A stretch of 63,833 nt of DNA, filler included, from Saprolegnia diclina VS20 (Eukaryota), in the NCBI RefSeq assembly GCF_000281045.1. It is 3 parts of one record of this genome, joined end to end, with 100 filler letters (N's around TTAATTAATTAA, not from the genome) between each part and the next. Parts side by side here need not be neighbours in the genome. Positions count along the whole stretch, not along the records: positions 50,609 to 63,833 come from NW_008246102.1; 2 more parts are not named here. One strand, given 5' to 3'. The notes under the pieces were generated by a model that did no database searches, was not told the DNA's origin, and was given only the letters and a program-made list of their open reading frames with translations. Each line of letters starts with the position of its first letter. Positions within the stretch are counted from its first letter, which is position 1. The position numbers were made by a program, and so were the translations under genes. Positions 51,786 to 63,825 of this stretch are shown piece after piece.

Positions 51786-52877
51786 ATGTACCTCGTCACG
51801 TGGCCTCTTCGTGTATACCTCGCGTGGAGCGCTCTCAGCGCCGTCTACTTTGCCGGCGTCCTGATTGTCCCCTTTGCGACGTGGATGCGGCCGGTCGTTC
51901 CGCACGCCGACGTCTATACGAGCTGCGCGCTCGGCGGTCTCTGCGTCGTCATCGCTGGCCTCGTCCGCGTCCGAATGGCAAACAAACTGGCGTCGCTCGC
52001 GCCGCTGCTTGTCGTGCTGTTTACTGTGTTTGTCCTTTTTGGTGCCATCTTTATCCTTGCCTTCTCGGAATATTACGCGGTCTTATCCGTGCCATACGAA
52101 CGCGCCCAGCTTGAAAAGATCGAAGCTGGCGTCGTCGGCGAGTTCTACTACGACCGCGGGTACCTCACCGACACCAACTCGGACTGCTCGATGGTAACCT
52201 GGCGCGAACGGGAGCGGCTCTCGGCCTTTGAAGACGCGCACTGCGCCAAGCAGGGCAAGGCGTACTGCAACGCCTTTTCCCTGCGCAAGACGCTTTTCCA
52301 GCCTCTGATTTTCGACAACAAGACCGAGCACGAGCGCATCGCGGCGCTGCTCCAGACATCATCGTTCTTTGGCGTCACGATTGACGATCACACGACACTC
52401 TCCCAGTTTTGCGCGTCGGTTGCCCCGAGCGTGCTGACGAGCGAGCCATCGCTCGACGTGGCGTGTGACGGGTGCCGCGCCCTCGTCGCCGCGCCCGAGG
52501 ATACCTCGAGCCTTGGGAACTGGGTTTACGAGCACTGCCCGTTGACGACCGTCGATCCGATGGCGAGCTACTGCATCATGAGCGCCAGCGCCAAGCTGTA
52601 CCCGTACCTTCTGACCTACCCCGAGGCCAAGCGCTGCCGCCGCTCGATTCTCCGCCTCAACCTGGTCAACCGCGTGCTCATTTGCTTTGGCGAAAAGTTT
52701 GATGCGGCGCTTCAGTCCTACACGGATGCGATGGCGTACGTCGCGGTCGTCCTCGCCGGACTCGCCTTTGTGCTCTTTTTCTGGGTCTCGGTTGCGCAAA
52801 TGAAGCGCGACGCTATCGATGCTGACGACGAGCTCATGCTGGAGGCCATGCTAAATGCGCGGGCGTCTCAGCAATAA
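51786..52877 (+). CDS. Four-TM membrane protein with large Cys-rich loop (tetraspanin-like topology)
   Basis: Intronless ORF from ATG 51786; three N-terminal hydrophobic helices, a long loop with about ten Cys, and one C-terminal helix (AMAYVAVVLAGLAFVLFFWVSVA). Confidence 0.7.
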   Translation: MYLVTWPLRVYLAWSALSAVYFAGVLIVPFATWMRPVVPHADVYTSCALGGLCVVIAGLVRVRMANKLASLAPLLVVLFTVFVLFGAIFILAFSEYYAVLSVPYERAQLEKIEAGVVGEFYYDRGYLTDTNSDCSMVTWRERERLSAFEDAHCAKQGKAYCNAFSLRKTLFQPLIFDNKTEHERIAALLQTSSFFGVTIDDHTTLSQFCASVAPSVLTSEPSLDVACDGCRALVAAPEDTSSLGNWVYEHCPLTTVDPMASYCIMSASAKLYPYLLTYPEAKRCRRSILRLNLVNRVLICFGEKFDAALQSYTDAMAYVAVVLAGLAFVLFFWVSVAQMKRDAIDADDELMLEAMLNARASQQ

Positions 52878-53361
52878 CGTCATTTAGCCGTTATAAATCA
52901 GAAATTAAATGTTTGAATACTTTTTCAATATCTTTGGCCAGGGAATAGCGCTTGTAGCTGCGTGCACGGGTGGCGAGGCTCGGCGAAGGGTAAGCTCCAG
53001 AGCACGTAGCACATTACCGTTCAGCGACGAGGAGGCTCAAGCAAGCGTCGTTGCCATCAAGTTATTAATAGCTGCTTTCCCTTTTGCCATAATTGTCATT
53101 GATACACAGTTGGAGGAGATAATATACGGGGTCAGCTTGTAGCCCAAACTTTCGGGCACCGACGCCGTGGTTGCAGCAGGTCGGTAGCGCTGAAAAGCGT
53201 TTGTCAGGGTTATCCACGAGACTCGCGTACGTTCCATCCTGCTTGCAAGAGTGTTGAATGTAGTGTACTGCTCTATTTTTCTTTACCAAATACAAGCAGT
53301 ATTGAATCTATACACGTCGTCTTGTGTCGCCAAAAGGCTCTGCATCGAGCGTCAAGTGCGC

Positions 53362-55424
53362 TTACAACAAGCGGCGGCCGCGATCGCAATTGTTGGGAAG
53401 AGGCCACGTCACGGGCTCCACGTTTTTCTTGAGCGCATCTGGGACTGGAATCGGGCCAAGGTCGTCGTTGAGCTTGGATTCAATGAAGTTGACCGACACC
53501 AAGTACTCGTCAAGCTTGCCGAGACCTTCCTTGTTGGGAAAGTACCACGCGATAATCTTGTCGGCGCCGTTGGAGTCCGTCGTGAGCACCACCTTCCAGA
53601 AGAAGCTCGGCGTCTTGATGCCCCAGCCCGCGACGAACTGCGTCTCCGAGTCAGCATCGTAGATGACGCCGCCATACGTCGTGACGGGACGGATGTCACG
53701 ATAGCACTCTTGGACCATCTCGGTTTTAGCCCAAATGCCCTGGTTGAACGTCGACACTTGCGGCACAATGTTGTTCATGTAGTGCGACTCGCGGGCGATG
53801 GCGGGGTTCGTATCCATATGGTTGGAAGCAACCAAGTGACCGCGATCGTAGCCGTTCGAGTATGCCTTGACCGACTTTTGCTGCAAGCAGCCTTCCGGCA
53901 TGTTGGGGTCGTAATAGAACGACGACGGGCGCTTCTCATTGCCAACGTCTTCGCCCATGGCATAGAACCAACGCAGCGCTGTGCGCTCCTTGCAGTCGTA
54001 CGTTAGCTCGAAGGCAGTGTACTTGAGCGTGCGAATATCGCGGCCGTCGGGCATTGTGCTGTTCGTCGACGGTGCCGGCGTCGTTGGCTCGGGTATGGCC
54101 GTCGTCGGCTNNNNNNNNNNNNNNNNNNNNNNNNNNNNNNNNNNNNNNNNNNNNNNNNNNNNNNNNNNNNNNNNNNNNNNNNNNNNNNNNNNNNNNNNNN
54201 NNNNNNNNNNNNNNNNNNNNNNNNNNNNNNNNNNNNNNNNNNNNNNNNNNNNNNNNNNNNNNNNNNNNNNNNNNNNNNNNNNNNNNNNNNNNNNNNNNNN
54301 NNNNNNNNNNNNNNNNNNNNNNNNNNNNNNNNNNNNNNNNNNNNNNNNNNNNNNNNNNNNNNNNNNNNNNNNNNNNNNNNNNNNNNNNNNNNNNNNNNNN
54401 NNNNNNNNNNNNNNNNNNNNNNNNNNNNNNNNNNNNNNNNNNNNNNNNNTGGCTTGGCAGTCGTCGGCTCCGGCGTCGTAGGCTCGGGAGTTTTGACTGG
54501 CTCGGCAGTCGTGGGCTCGGGCGTCGAAGGTGTCGGTGTCGAAACCACCGGGGCCGTCGTCAGCACAGGCGCCTCGGTCGTGGGCTCGGGTGTGGCGGTC
54601 GTCGGCTTGGGTGTTGTCGGCTGCGGCGTGCTCGTCGTGGGTGCCTGCGTACTTGTCGTGGGTGCCGGCGTCATCGTCGTCGGCGCAACCGTCACCTTCA
54701 GCGTCGCCGACATGGCCCCGGTATAGGGCGACTTGGCTCCCTTCTTGCTCTTGAGCCAGCAAGTGCCGCCGTCGTGGTGGTTCCAGACGTAGAGCTGGCA
54801 GCCCGGCGTGTTCTTGCAGTCGTCGCAGCAGTTGTCCGCCGTCGCACGCGCCGTGCGGCCAATGTCGTTGCCATAGTAGTCGACGTTCTCCTCGGCGGCC
54901 GCGCATTCGGACACGGGCGCCAGCGTCGCCGAGACAGCGCCAAAGTAGAAGCTCTTGGCACCTTGCTTGCTCTTGAGCCAGCATGTGCCACCCTCGTGGC
55001 CGTTCCAAACAAAGAGCGCGCAGTTCTTGGTGGACGCGCAGTCGGCGCAGCAGTCGGACGCTGAGGCCCGGGCCGTGCGACCGACGTCGTTGCCCCAGTA
55101 GTCGACGTGCTCTTGGACCGCCGAGCACTGGTCCGGCACGGTGATGTCGTTGATGACCGATGCCTTGGCGCCGGGGTAGTACGACTTGGCGCCCTGCTCG
55201 CTCTTGAGCCAACATGTGCCGCCTTCGTGGCTGTTCCAGACAAAGAGACGGCAACCAGGCATGTTCTTGCAGTCGGCGCAGCAGTCGGCGGCCGACGTGC
55301 GCGCCGTGCGACCGATGTCGTTGCCCCAATAGTCGACGTTGGCTTCGATTGGCGCGCACGTGGGCAACGCCGTCGCAGCTTGCAGCGCGAGCGCCAAGAC
55401 ACCCACAAAGACCGAGGTGTGCAT
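53362..55424 (-). CDS. Secreted 3x PAN/apple domain + Pro/Thr linker + DNA/RNA non-specific endonuclease (spans gap 54111-54449)
   Basis: Signal peptide MHTSVFVGVLALALQAATA; three VDYxGNDIG...CC.DC...C..FVWN...GTCWLKS apple domains; EPTT repeats on both sides of the gap; nuclease motifs YDRGHL, NIVPQVSTFNQGIW and PSFFWKVV. Confidence 0.85.
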
Positions 55425-55431
55425 GAGCCAC

Positions 55432-55448
55432 AAAGTTGAAAAGTGAGG
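55432..55448 (-). promoter_or_regulatory. INR/FPR core promoter of the apple-nuclease gene
   Basis: Minus strand CCTCACTTTTCAACTTT a few nt upstream of ATG 55424. Confidence 0.55.
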
Positions 55449-57441
55449 AGATGCAAATGCGAGGCGTCGCGTTAGCCAGGACCACGGCTTGGTGCAAGAG
55501 AGAGTCAGAAACATACGCCGGGCCAGCAGCTGTTTACTTGCTTGCGCCGGACACGCATTGTCGACGAGACAACGCGTATACTAGTATGCGGCGCTGTATG
55601 TGGACTGGTCCTGCAAGCGCGACCGTACTAACTTGCACCCGCAATCGCATCCGCGTAACATGGGAAATGAACATGTGACGGGCTGTGATTACCGGTGATG
55701 AAGCGCTGTCGCAGCCACACGTTGGCACTCTTCCATGGTTTATAACTAATAACAGTAATACCTTTGACAAACACCACGCAAACACTGGGAAAGATTGGTC
55801 GAGCCGAATCTCCATTTGAATTGGTAATGGCACGAGGTTCCACGCGCTGCACTTTGCGCCTCTACGGGTGCGGTGTTGAACAAGAAATCAACCGTTACGT
55901 TGAAACTGCACTGCTGATATGAAGCTTGCTCGCCCTGTTTGTACTAGTACACAGATGAGTGAGTCAAGGTGAAAACGAGGCATCTATACACGCACTCGTA
56001 CCATTTGCACTCGTACAGCAGAACGAGAGCGTTGATTGCGCTATGGAGGACTCAAGATGCGGGCGACACCGGGATACGTCTAGCAGAGTACTAGTACAGC
56101 ACTCTTGCAACTGGCTAAATCGCGTTGTGGTAGTTGTGGTTATGATAAAGAAAGCGGTCTGGACACTAAGAGGTGATGGGCCTAGAATAAAGTGCGTAAA
56201 CTTTAACGCGTATTTGGAGGTAGTGCTCTGTACAGAGGCGGGTTGACACTTCCTGTCGTTGGACTCTATGTACAAAATTATCAATCAATGCAGACGAATA
56301 CGCGATTGACGCACCACACAAAAAGGAATGAAGACTAGTTCGATTGCCCGGTTGTGTCGCCAAGCTGCGTCGTAGCCCCTCGGTCGTCGTTGGTTCCCAC
56401 CACGCCATTTCCACCGTACATGTAGCTAACAAGGTGTACTTTGGTAACCCTGCACTCGATATGCTTGGTGTTGGACTCGCAAACCAATATAGGGACTCGA
56501 AGTAGTAGGCGGCGACGCGGAATTGATTGAGATTTTGAGATTTTAGTGGATTGGGTCTAGATCACGTAATTTCATGGCGCTCTCTTGCCCATACTGCAGT
56601 GCGCCTTTTGCGCACTATAAAAACTCAGATCTGCGCTCAATTCAGGTACGTGTGCAGTCGCAGCTCACTAAGTACTGCTGAACACGGTCTATTGACGAGT
56701 ACCGGTACCGGTAATTGACTGCATGAATAGAAACATACGTACGACGACCAGGACTCGACATGGAAACATGTTCACTGAATTATGAGCGAAAACCTTTACA
56801 TTATACGAAATTATTGCACATATTACACATCTACACCCCCTGTCTACACCCGGTACAACACCATTCACAGCCTATTTGTGCGAGAAATCAAACCAGAAGG
56901 CATGGGCTGCATGTGGCGTGCTGCACCATCTTCAATTTTTACTGCAGTGTTTTCCCATATCATAGAAATATATCACACGTGGCATAGCAGCCATGTGGTA
57001 TTTGGTGCAAACTCATGGCTGTGACGGAGCCTTTTCAGCGATAATCAGATCGAACACACATACTGTACACATGTCTCGTTACACTACGCCGCTCCAGACA
57101 TCAGGACTTGATGCCTGGGGTGAACACTTGTGTGCATCGAACATTGTACAATGGTTCTGGTTCTGGTACTGGTACTGGTGTTGTCAGCGTACTAGTACAA
57201 GTTCACTGCAACAATGCACGCATTCTCTTTGGTTAACTACGGACTATGTTTCATGCACTACTAGTACATGCTGAGTTTCCGACTGTACTAGTACGACATG
57301 AAAATGAGACCGCGATACATCCGGCACAAGCAAGTCGACAGCTGCTGGCCCTGCGTCTGAATCTGACTCTCGCTTGCACCAAACCGTGGTCCTGGCTAAC
57401 GCGACGCCTCGCATTTGCATCTCCTCACTTTTCAACTTTGT

Positions 57442-57576
57442 TGTTGTTGAAGTGGGTCGTCTATTAAAATATATACGTGAGTCTACGCTAAATAAAATTG
57501 TCGGACTTTCTTCGTTGCGTAGGCGCTGGTGTTGATCTTGATCTAGGCCGGCGGAGGCAGGAGCGCGATCCGCGGT
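57442..57576 (-). mobile_element. 135-bp retroposon-like insertion with 14-bp target-site duplication
   Basis: CTTTTCAACTTTGT at 57428-57441 and 57577-57590; single copy at the paralogous site (~55430-55443); the minus strand ends in a short (CAA)n tail. Confidence 0.7.
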
Positions 57577-57595
57577 CTTTTCAACTTTGTGGCTC

Positions 57596-58622
57596 ATGCA
57601 CACCTCGGTCTTTGCGGGTGTCTTGGCGCTCGCGCTGCAAGCTGCGACGGCGTTGCCCACGTGCGCGCCAATCGAAGCCAACGTCGACTATTGGGGCAAC
57701 GACATCGGTCGCACGGCGCGCACGTCGGCCGACGACTGCTGCGCCGACTGCAAGAACTTGCCTGGTTGCCGTCTCTTTGCCTGGAACAGCCACGAAGGCG
57801 GCACATGTTGGCTCAAGAGCGAGCAGCGCGCCAAGGCCTCGGTCATCAACGACATCACCTGCCTGACCAGTGCTCGGCGGTCCAAGAGCACGTCGACTAC
57901 TGAGGCAACGACTGCTGCACCCGAAGGCTCAGTCGCAGGTGTCGTGGGCTCAGTCGTCGTAGTTGTAGGCTCCGCCGTGTTGGTTATTGGCTCCGACGCG
58001 ACCGTTGTAGGCGCGGGTGTGACCATTGTGGGCTCAGGCGTGGTAGTTGTTGGCGCAGGATTCGTGGGCTCCGGGGTCGAGGTCGTGTGCTCTGGCGTCG
58101 TGGTTGGCGTGGAGGTCGTAGGTTCGGCAGTCGAGGGCTCTGGCATGGCCTTCGTAGGCTCCGGCGTCACCTTCGTCGGTGACTTAGCACCGTGCGGTGA
58201 TGAGGGCAGCACTTGCTGGCTCATGAGCAAGCAGAGTGTCAACAGCTAAACCTTTGACCGTGGTATATGGGCTCAAACCGAAGACGTCCAAGATTGCTAC
58301 CGGAACGTCGAGCCTGTCACGACGCGCGGCGGCGTCATCTACGATGTCAATTCGGGCACGCAATCGTCGCGGACTGGGGCTTTAAGACACCGAGTTTCTT
58401 CTGGAAGATGGCGCTTACGACGGACCTAACGACGGGCGCCGACAAGATCATCGCGTGGTTCTTATCTTACGAAAAAAACCATGGCAAGCTGGACGAGTAC
58501 CTGGTGTCGGTCAACTCCATTGAATCCCAGCTCAACGATGGTCTTACCCCCCAGCGTCGCTCGGAAACCAAACACAGCCCGCGACCTAGCCTGTTCCAAA
58601 GAACTGCCGCCGCTTGTAGTAA
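57596..58622 (+). pseudogene. Inverted, rearranged pseudocopy of the apple-nuclease gene
   Basis: Near-identical signal peptide and apple 1; a 21-nt deletion, a frameshift and TGG>TGA at 57901; antisense PTT linker at ~57910-58195; nuclease C-terminal remnant WGFKTPSFFWK...KLDEYLVSVN. Confidence 0.9.
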
Positions 58623-58644
58623 GCGCAGTCGACACTCGATGCGA

Positions 58645-59458
58645 GGGTATGGGTTACTGTAGAGCGGCAAATGGTATACTATCGCGCGGCCCCGAAAATG
58701 GTATACTATTGCGCGATTTTTTGAGGCAAACTCAACGCAACTCAATTGAATCCTATCCAAATAATTCCACGTGGTATACCCATGGTATACCGGCTGTTTG
58801 GTGCAAAGGGCTGTTGCGTAATGCGGTGACATGCGACGAAGGATATTCATCAGCTGCACCACAGCCTCAGCTTTGCGGGCCCGTTCTACTCGGTTGCCAA
58901 CTTGGTCGCGCTCCTCGTCGACAAGCCAGGTTACTGCTACAACTGGACCATCCACCGGGAGTTCTCGTTCATCGACACCGAGACCGGCCGCGAGACGTCG
59001 GACTACATGCTTGGTACGATCATCCGCTTGCGCAAGGCGAGGTTTACTCCTGGATGGTTCGCTTCGAGGACGCCGAAGAGCTATGGTTTGAGGTACAAGA
59101 GCTCGCAGAACTCATCGAGGACTCCGCCCGTAGTTTCGTCGAGGTCAATTCGCCGCGCTTGCGTGTCCACAGTCCGACGATCGGCGACGCAGAGTAGTCT
59201 CCCGCAACCAAAATAACCCATGTCATCTCAATTGCACACGTTTATACCTTCTTATGCGTCTCCTGTTCCCACCATATTGTACCAATTATTCTCAAACGAC
59301 TCGTTTTTTAGTTGATTGTGCTCTCAATTGAGAAAGCTCCAAAACCGCACGATAGTCTACCGTTTAGCTCCAGATTAGCTCCAAAATCGCGCGATAGTAT
59401 ACCATTTTCGGGGCCGCGCGATAGTATACCATTTGCCGCTCTACAGTGACCCATACCC
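58645..59458. mobile_element. Non-autonomous Mutator-like (MULE) element, 814 bp
   Basis: ~76-bp TIRs (58645-58720 and 59383-59458, starting GGGTATGGG, 2 mismatches) flanked by the perfect 9-bp TSD TCGATGCGA (58636-58644 and 59459-59467). Confidence 0.9.
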
Positions 59459-59726
59459 TCGATGCGAAGTCTTATTGCGAAGCGCAGAACACTACACGAT
59501 GTGCAGAATGTCATTCCTGCTACCGGTACATTCGACACTATTTATGTAACGTACTGTGTAGATCAGACGCACGCAAGTCTCGCAGCCTCGACAACCACGT
59601 TTCAACACTACCGACTTGCTGCAGCTTCGCAACGTCTCGGTGTCGGTGACCGAGAGATTCGGTACCCCGGAGTTTTGAGCCCCACCAGTGAATCGTTGGC
59701 GATGACTTGCTTTGTGTTGGGAATGA

Positions 59727-59728
<2 letters not shown>

Positions 59729-59763
<35 letters not shown>
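59729..59763 (+). repeat. (AT)n microsatellite
   Basis: About 17 AT units. Confidence 0.95.
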
Positions 59764-59765
<2 letters not shown>

Positions 59766-60015
59766 GACGGCGACAGGGAAGGCGCCAATCTTTCGCTACA
59801 GATCTTTGGCCACAGTCCTGTAGCTGTCGTCGCCCCAAACGTGTTCTATGCGTCGTTAGGTTGTGGTCGAACTGCTGCCCATATTGAGACAGTTTGGATA
59901 ATATGGTGGCGCGCCCCCTGCACGAACCAATCAGATGGCTTGGCGCGACCAAGCCAATGAGGAAAGGTTCGACGCTCACAATCGCCACTTTGCCGTTTGG
60001 AGCCACCCAACCACA

Positions 60016-61417
60016 ATGGTGCAGGAGAGCAGTCGACTGCCGCAGCTCAAGGCCGACGAGACGCGGCGCGTCCGGTGCTTCGACAAGCGCTGGGTGCTCC
60101 AGCTCATTCCCGTCGCGATCCTCTTGGTCATGTTTGTCGGCGTCGTGACGCCGTACCTCCAGCAGCAAGCCCGTACGTCCAGCGACCAACATCCTCTCTG
60201 ACGTGGCATCTCGTCAGGCAACTCGGACGCGTTCAAGGTCTTGTACAACGACACGACCGCGATTCGCATGGGCCAGCGCATGACGAACGGGTCCACGAAC
60301 GTCCTTCACATCGAAGTGCTCGTCGGCGGCCTCAACACCGAGACCTTTGGTAATACATTTCATCGATTGCATATAGCATGGTCGACTTATTGTGCAGACA
60401 TGTCGCTCACTTCGTACATCACGCACATCCCCGACAAGCTGAAGGACCCAACGTCGCACCGGGTACGAACCGTGTTGTGAGCGTATGGTTGATTGGCTCG
60501 TTGCAGCTTTTGCAGCCGTTCCGGCTCATGGTGGGTCGCTACTCGACCGTCGTCTCGGCCAACTCGTCAAACCCGTACGGTCCGATGGCAGCACAAATTC
60601 CATTGACGTCGGGCTCGCTGAGTCAATACCCGCTCGACCGGTTCGAGAGATGTGACGACGTTTAGTCTCACAAAAAACGTTGTAGCTACAGCGCACTGCT
60701 CAAGATCGAAGCCATGACGGGTTTCGGTCCGCACACGGGCGAAGCGACCGAGAAAATCGAAGTCCTCATGACCTACTACGGCGTCGAAGACTATGCTTGG
60801 GAGTATGGCAAATACTCTAGTAGCACTACTTACGGGAGTATGTAGCTACACGGTGAAGAAGCTCGCGATCGCGGAAGCCGACCGCATGTACGTCGGCAGC
60901 ACGGAGAACGCCGACATGTTTTTGATCTCGGGCGGCCGCAAGTCCAACTTTTACGTCTATATTGGCTTGATGTGGCTCGGGATCTGGTCCGTCACGATCG
61001 CAGTCGGGTACATTGGCAGGTATACGACAGCGTCTTTTGTGCTACCGGGGTTTGACACGGCGCTGCTGAATAGCATGATTGTCATTTGGAACCGCGAGCC
61101 CGTGGACAGTCCCGAGATCTTCCTCACAGCACTCTTTGCCGTGCCTGCTTTCCGCAACACGGCCCCGGGCAAGCCTCCGTACGGTACGCTTCGTTTCTTT
61201 TCATTTTCCCGTTTTTTATCGTTGTTTCCATGTTTTTACATGTTTTTACATGTTTTTACATGTTTTTTGTTTCGCCACGTCGAGAGCGTCCGTCGCTCAC
61301 GCACAGTGTCTAGGCTGCTTGTTCGACATTACGTGCACGTACTTTGCCATCACAGTCATCTTCATCTACCTCCTCTCGGTCGCGATCAAGTACATTGGCA
61401 AAAAGAAGCGCGACTAA
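60016..61417 (+). CDS. Multi-exon membrane protein, DUF4436-like, paralogue A
   Basis: N-terminal TM, luminal domain (..YPLD..), C-terminal TMs with ALFAVPAFRNTAPGKPPYG-CLFD; CCAAT boxes upstream. Confidence 0.6.
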
Positions 61418-62417
61418 GTAAGCTCGGAACAACACGACGTCATTTTGGTTGCGTCGTTTAGTGCTTTTGCCGAATCTGGCACGATTGTACCATATAATTC
61501 GGTGCCGTGTCCAGTCCGTGGGTATGTGCGCTAAAAACGGGGGCGCTGCTTGGCCATGGCACTGCGACTGGACGACCATGCGTAGCACCAATCAACGGCG
61601 CCAACGGGCCGTGTGCCTCTGTGCACGGCTTCGAATGCAAGGTCTATGCACGGCCATCACGCCGAGACGCGGCACGTGCTCCAGAATTGACACGACCGGA
61701 GCTAATGTTACTCGCCTTCCTTGAAGACTTGGACCGAGAATGGAGAGCCGCTCGGTGTGCGCGGCTCGGCATTACACGCCGCGTGAATTTAAAGCCGTCG
61801 AATCTTCCATTGGTGTCGCGGCTGCGTCTTGGTGCCCGTCGCTGTGCCGTGCTTGCAGCACACCTCGCACAATGTTCACAATGAAAATTTGCATCGTTCT
61901 TCACACTGCACAACGTGCTAGAAGACTTTACCCACCAAGGTCTAGGGCCATACATACAAAGGGCTACCCATCGCACAATGTTAGTGAAGGAATGACCCTG
62001 AAACGTGCTCGAGTTTCGCGGGTTGCGAGACCTTACAACGGCGAGTACAACGACAGGCGGACAATAATGGGCCGATCCGGTACCGGTACAAATGGTCGTA
62101 AGGTGGCTGCTTTGGGCGACCGGTGCAATCTGCACACAGAACCCTCAAATGATTTGTACGTGTTTTTGAAAAGATCTCGCGCGTAGTATACTGGAAGGCA
62201 CGGCACGACGGAGGTTGGTACTAGCGACAGCGCGCGCCTCAAGAAATCCAGTGAGTGTGTATAGCCGCGTGCGCCGCCCCCCACTGGGACTGTCGCAGGC
62301 CGCGCGTTTCACAAGTGTGCGCTCGGCGCCACCTAGGCATCTGCGCTTCAGTATATGTACTTCGTTTGTATATGAGAGCGTACTGGACCCGTGACCAGGC
62401 GCGTGTGCACAAGACGG

Positions 62418-62431
62418 TCATTTCCACATTT
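62418..62431 (+). promoter_or_regulatory. INR/FPR core promoter
   Basis: TCATTTCCACATTT 14 nt upstream of ATG 62446. Confidence 0.65.
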
Positions 62432-62445
62432 CCTCGTCCTCGAAC

Positions 62446-63825
62446 ATGACCAAAGACGTCGAGCTTGGCTTTGACGAAGTTGGTTCGCCAACGTCCGCGT
62501 CGTCGTCGTCCCATTCACACCGGCCCATCGACCGCCGATGGCTCTTTGAAGGCCTCTTTGTCTTGACCATTGTTGGTATTTTGCTTTTGACGATCATCCC
62601 GACGCTCCTTCTCAATTACGGTACGTCCGTGTAGCCGTTGACACTAGTCTCATGCGCCTATCTACTAGAACGAACCGCCTACACCTTGCTGCACAAAGAC
62701 GTCGCGGACGACACGGCGCTGCCCATTGCTATGGTACTCTCTGGTGTCAACACGGATACAAACCGTACGGACAACGTGTGCATCATCTGGTCACGATAGC
62801 TCATCGCCATTCGTGCTGTAGAGATCTCGGCCCAGCTTTTCTTGGACGGTACGCTCCCTTCGTCGCTGACATCGACCGAACACCCTCGTCAAGTACTATA
62901 AGCTCTGGAGGGCATTGTGATGCTCACAACATCGCGTGTCTAGCTCGCGCGGGCGCTCAACCTCAATATCAACGGGAACGCGGTAACGTTGAGCCCAGCC
63001 ATGAACCTTGCCGCCGGTATCTCGCAGCAGGTATACTGCGTCGCCTCTCTATATTTCCGAGGATCTTATATGTTGGTTGTGCGCTTGCAGGTGACCTTGT
63101 CGTCCGGCTCGATCATCATGTTCCCATTCGACAAGTACTTGGACTTCGTGTCTTCCTACTTTGTTTCTGACAGAAAGCGCGATCATTAGATACACGGCGC
63201 CGCTCTCAGCCCACGCCACGACGACCAGCCCCGTGACAAATGCGTCGGTGACGTTGCCCGTCCGCCTCGCCATCTACACGACGACGGATTTCAACTGGAA
63301 GTACGCTGTTGTGACGGGCGACGACCTCGTGGGTCCTGGTGCCAATGGTCCTCTTGGGTGCGTCAACGCTTGGTTGTTGAAATGGTTCCTTATCAACTTG
63401 ATACATCCTAGCCGTCTCGTGATCGAAACCTACCGCCACCCACTCTTTTTCAGCTACATAATTGTCATGTGGCTCGGCATCTGGGTCGTCGGTCTCTCGC
63501 TCGCTTACATTGCCAGGTATGGAACTCTGGAAATGTTCACTGCGACTAACTATGTTCGATTATTGTAGCACGACGATTATCTGGAACCGAAAACCGGTCG
63601 AGAACCCGATGGTCTACTTCTCGGGCTTGATTGTCATCCCCATCTTTCGGAATACGGCGCCGGGTCATGCTCCGTATGGTACGAAACAAAATGCCTCCGA
63701 CATTTGAACTCACGTTGAGTGCCGTAGGGTGCCTCTTTGATATGACGTCGACGTACCTCGCGCTTGCGATTGCCGCCATTGGCATGCTCTTTGCCACCAT
63801 CATCTCGATGAACAAGACCCATTGA
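62446..63825 (+). CDS. Multi-exon membrane protein, DUF4436-like, paralogue B
   Basis: Same architecture as paralogue A: MFPFDKY, IVMWLGIW, IIWNRKPVENP and IPIFRNTAPGHAPYG-CLFD; stop TGA at 63823-63825. Confidence 0.6.

Noticed and set aside
61229..61266. (CATGTTTTTA)n short tandem repeat
   Set aside because: Simple slippage repeat inside an intron.
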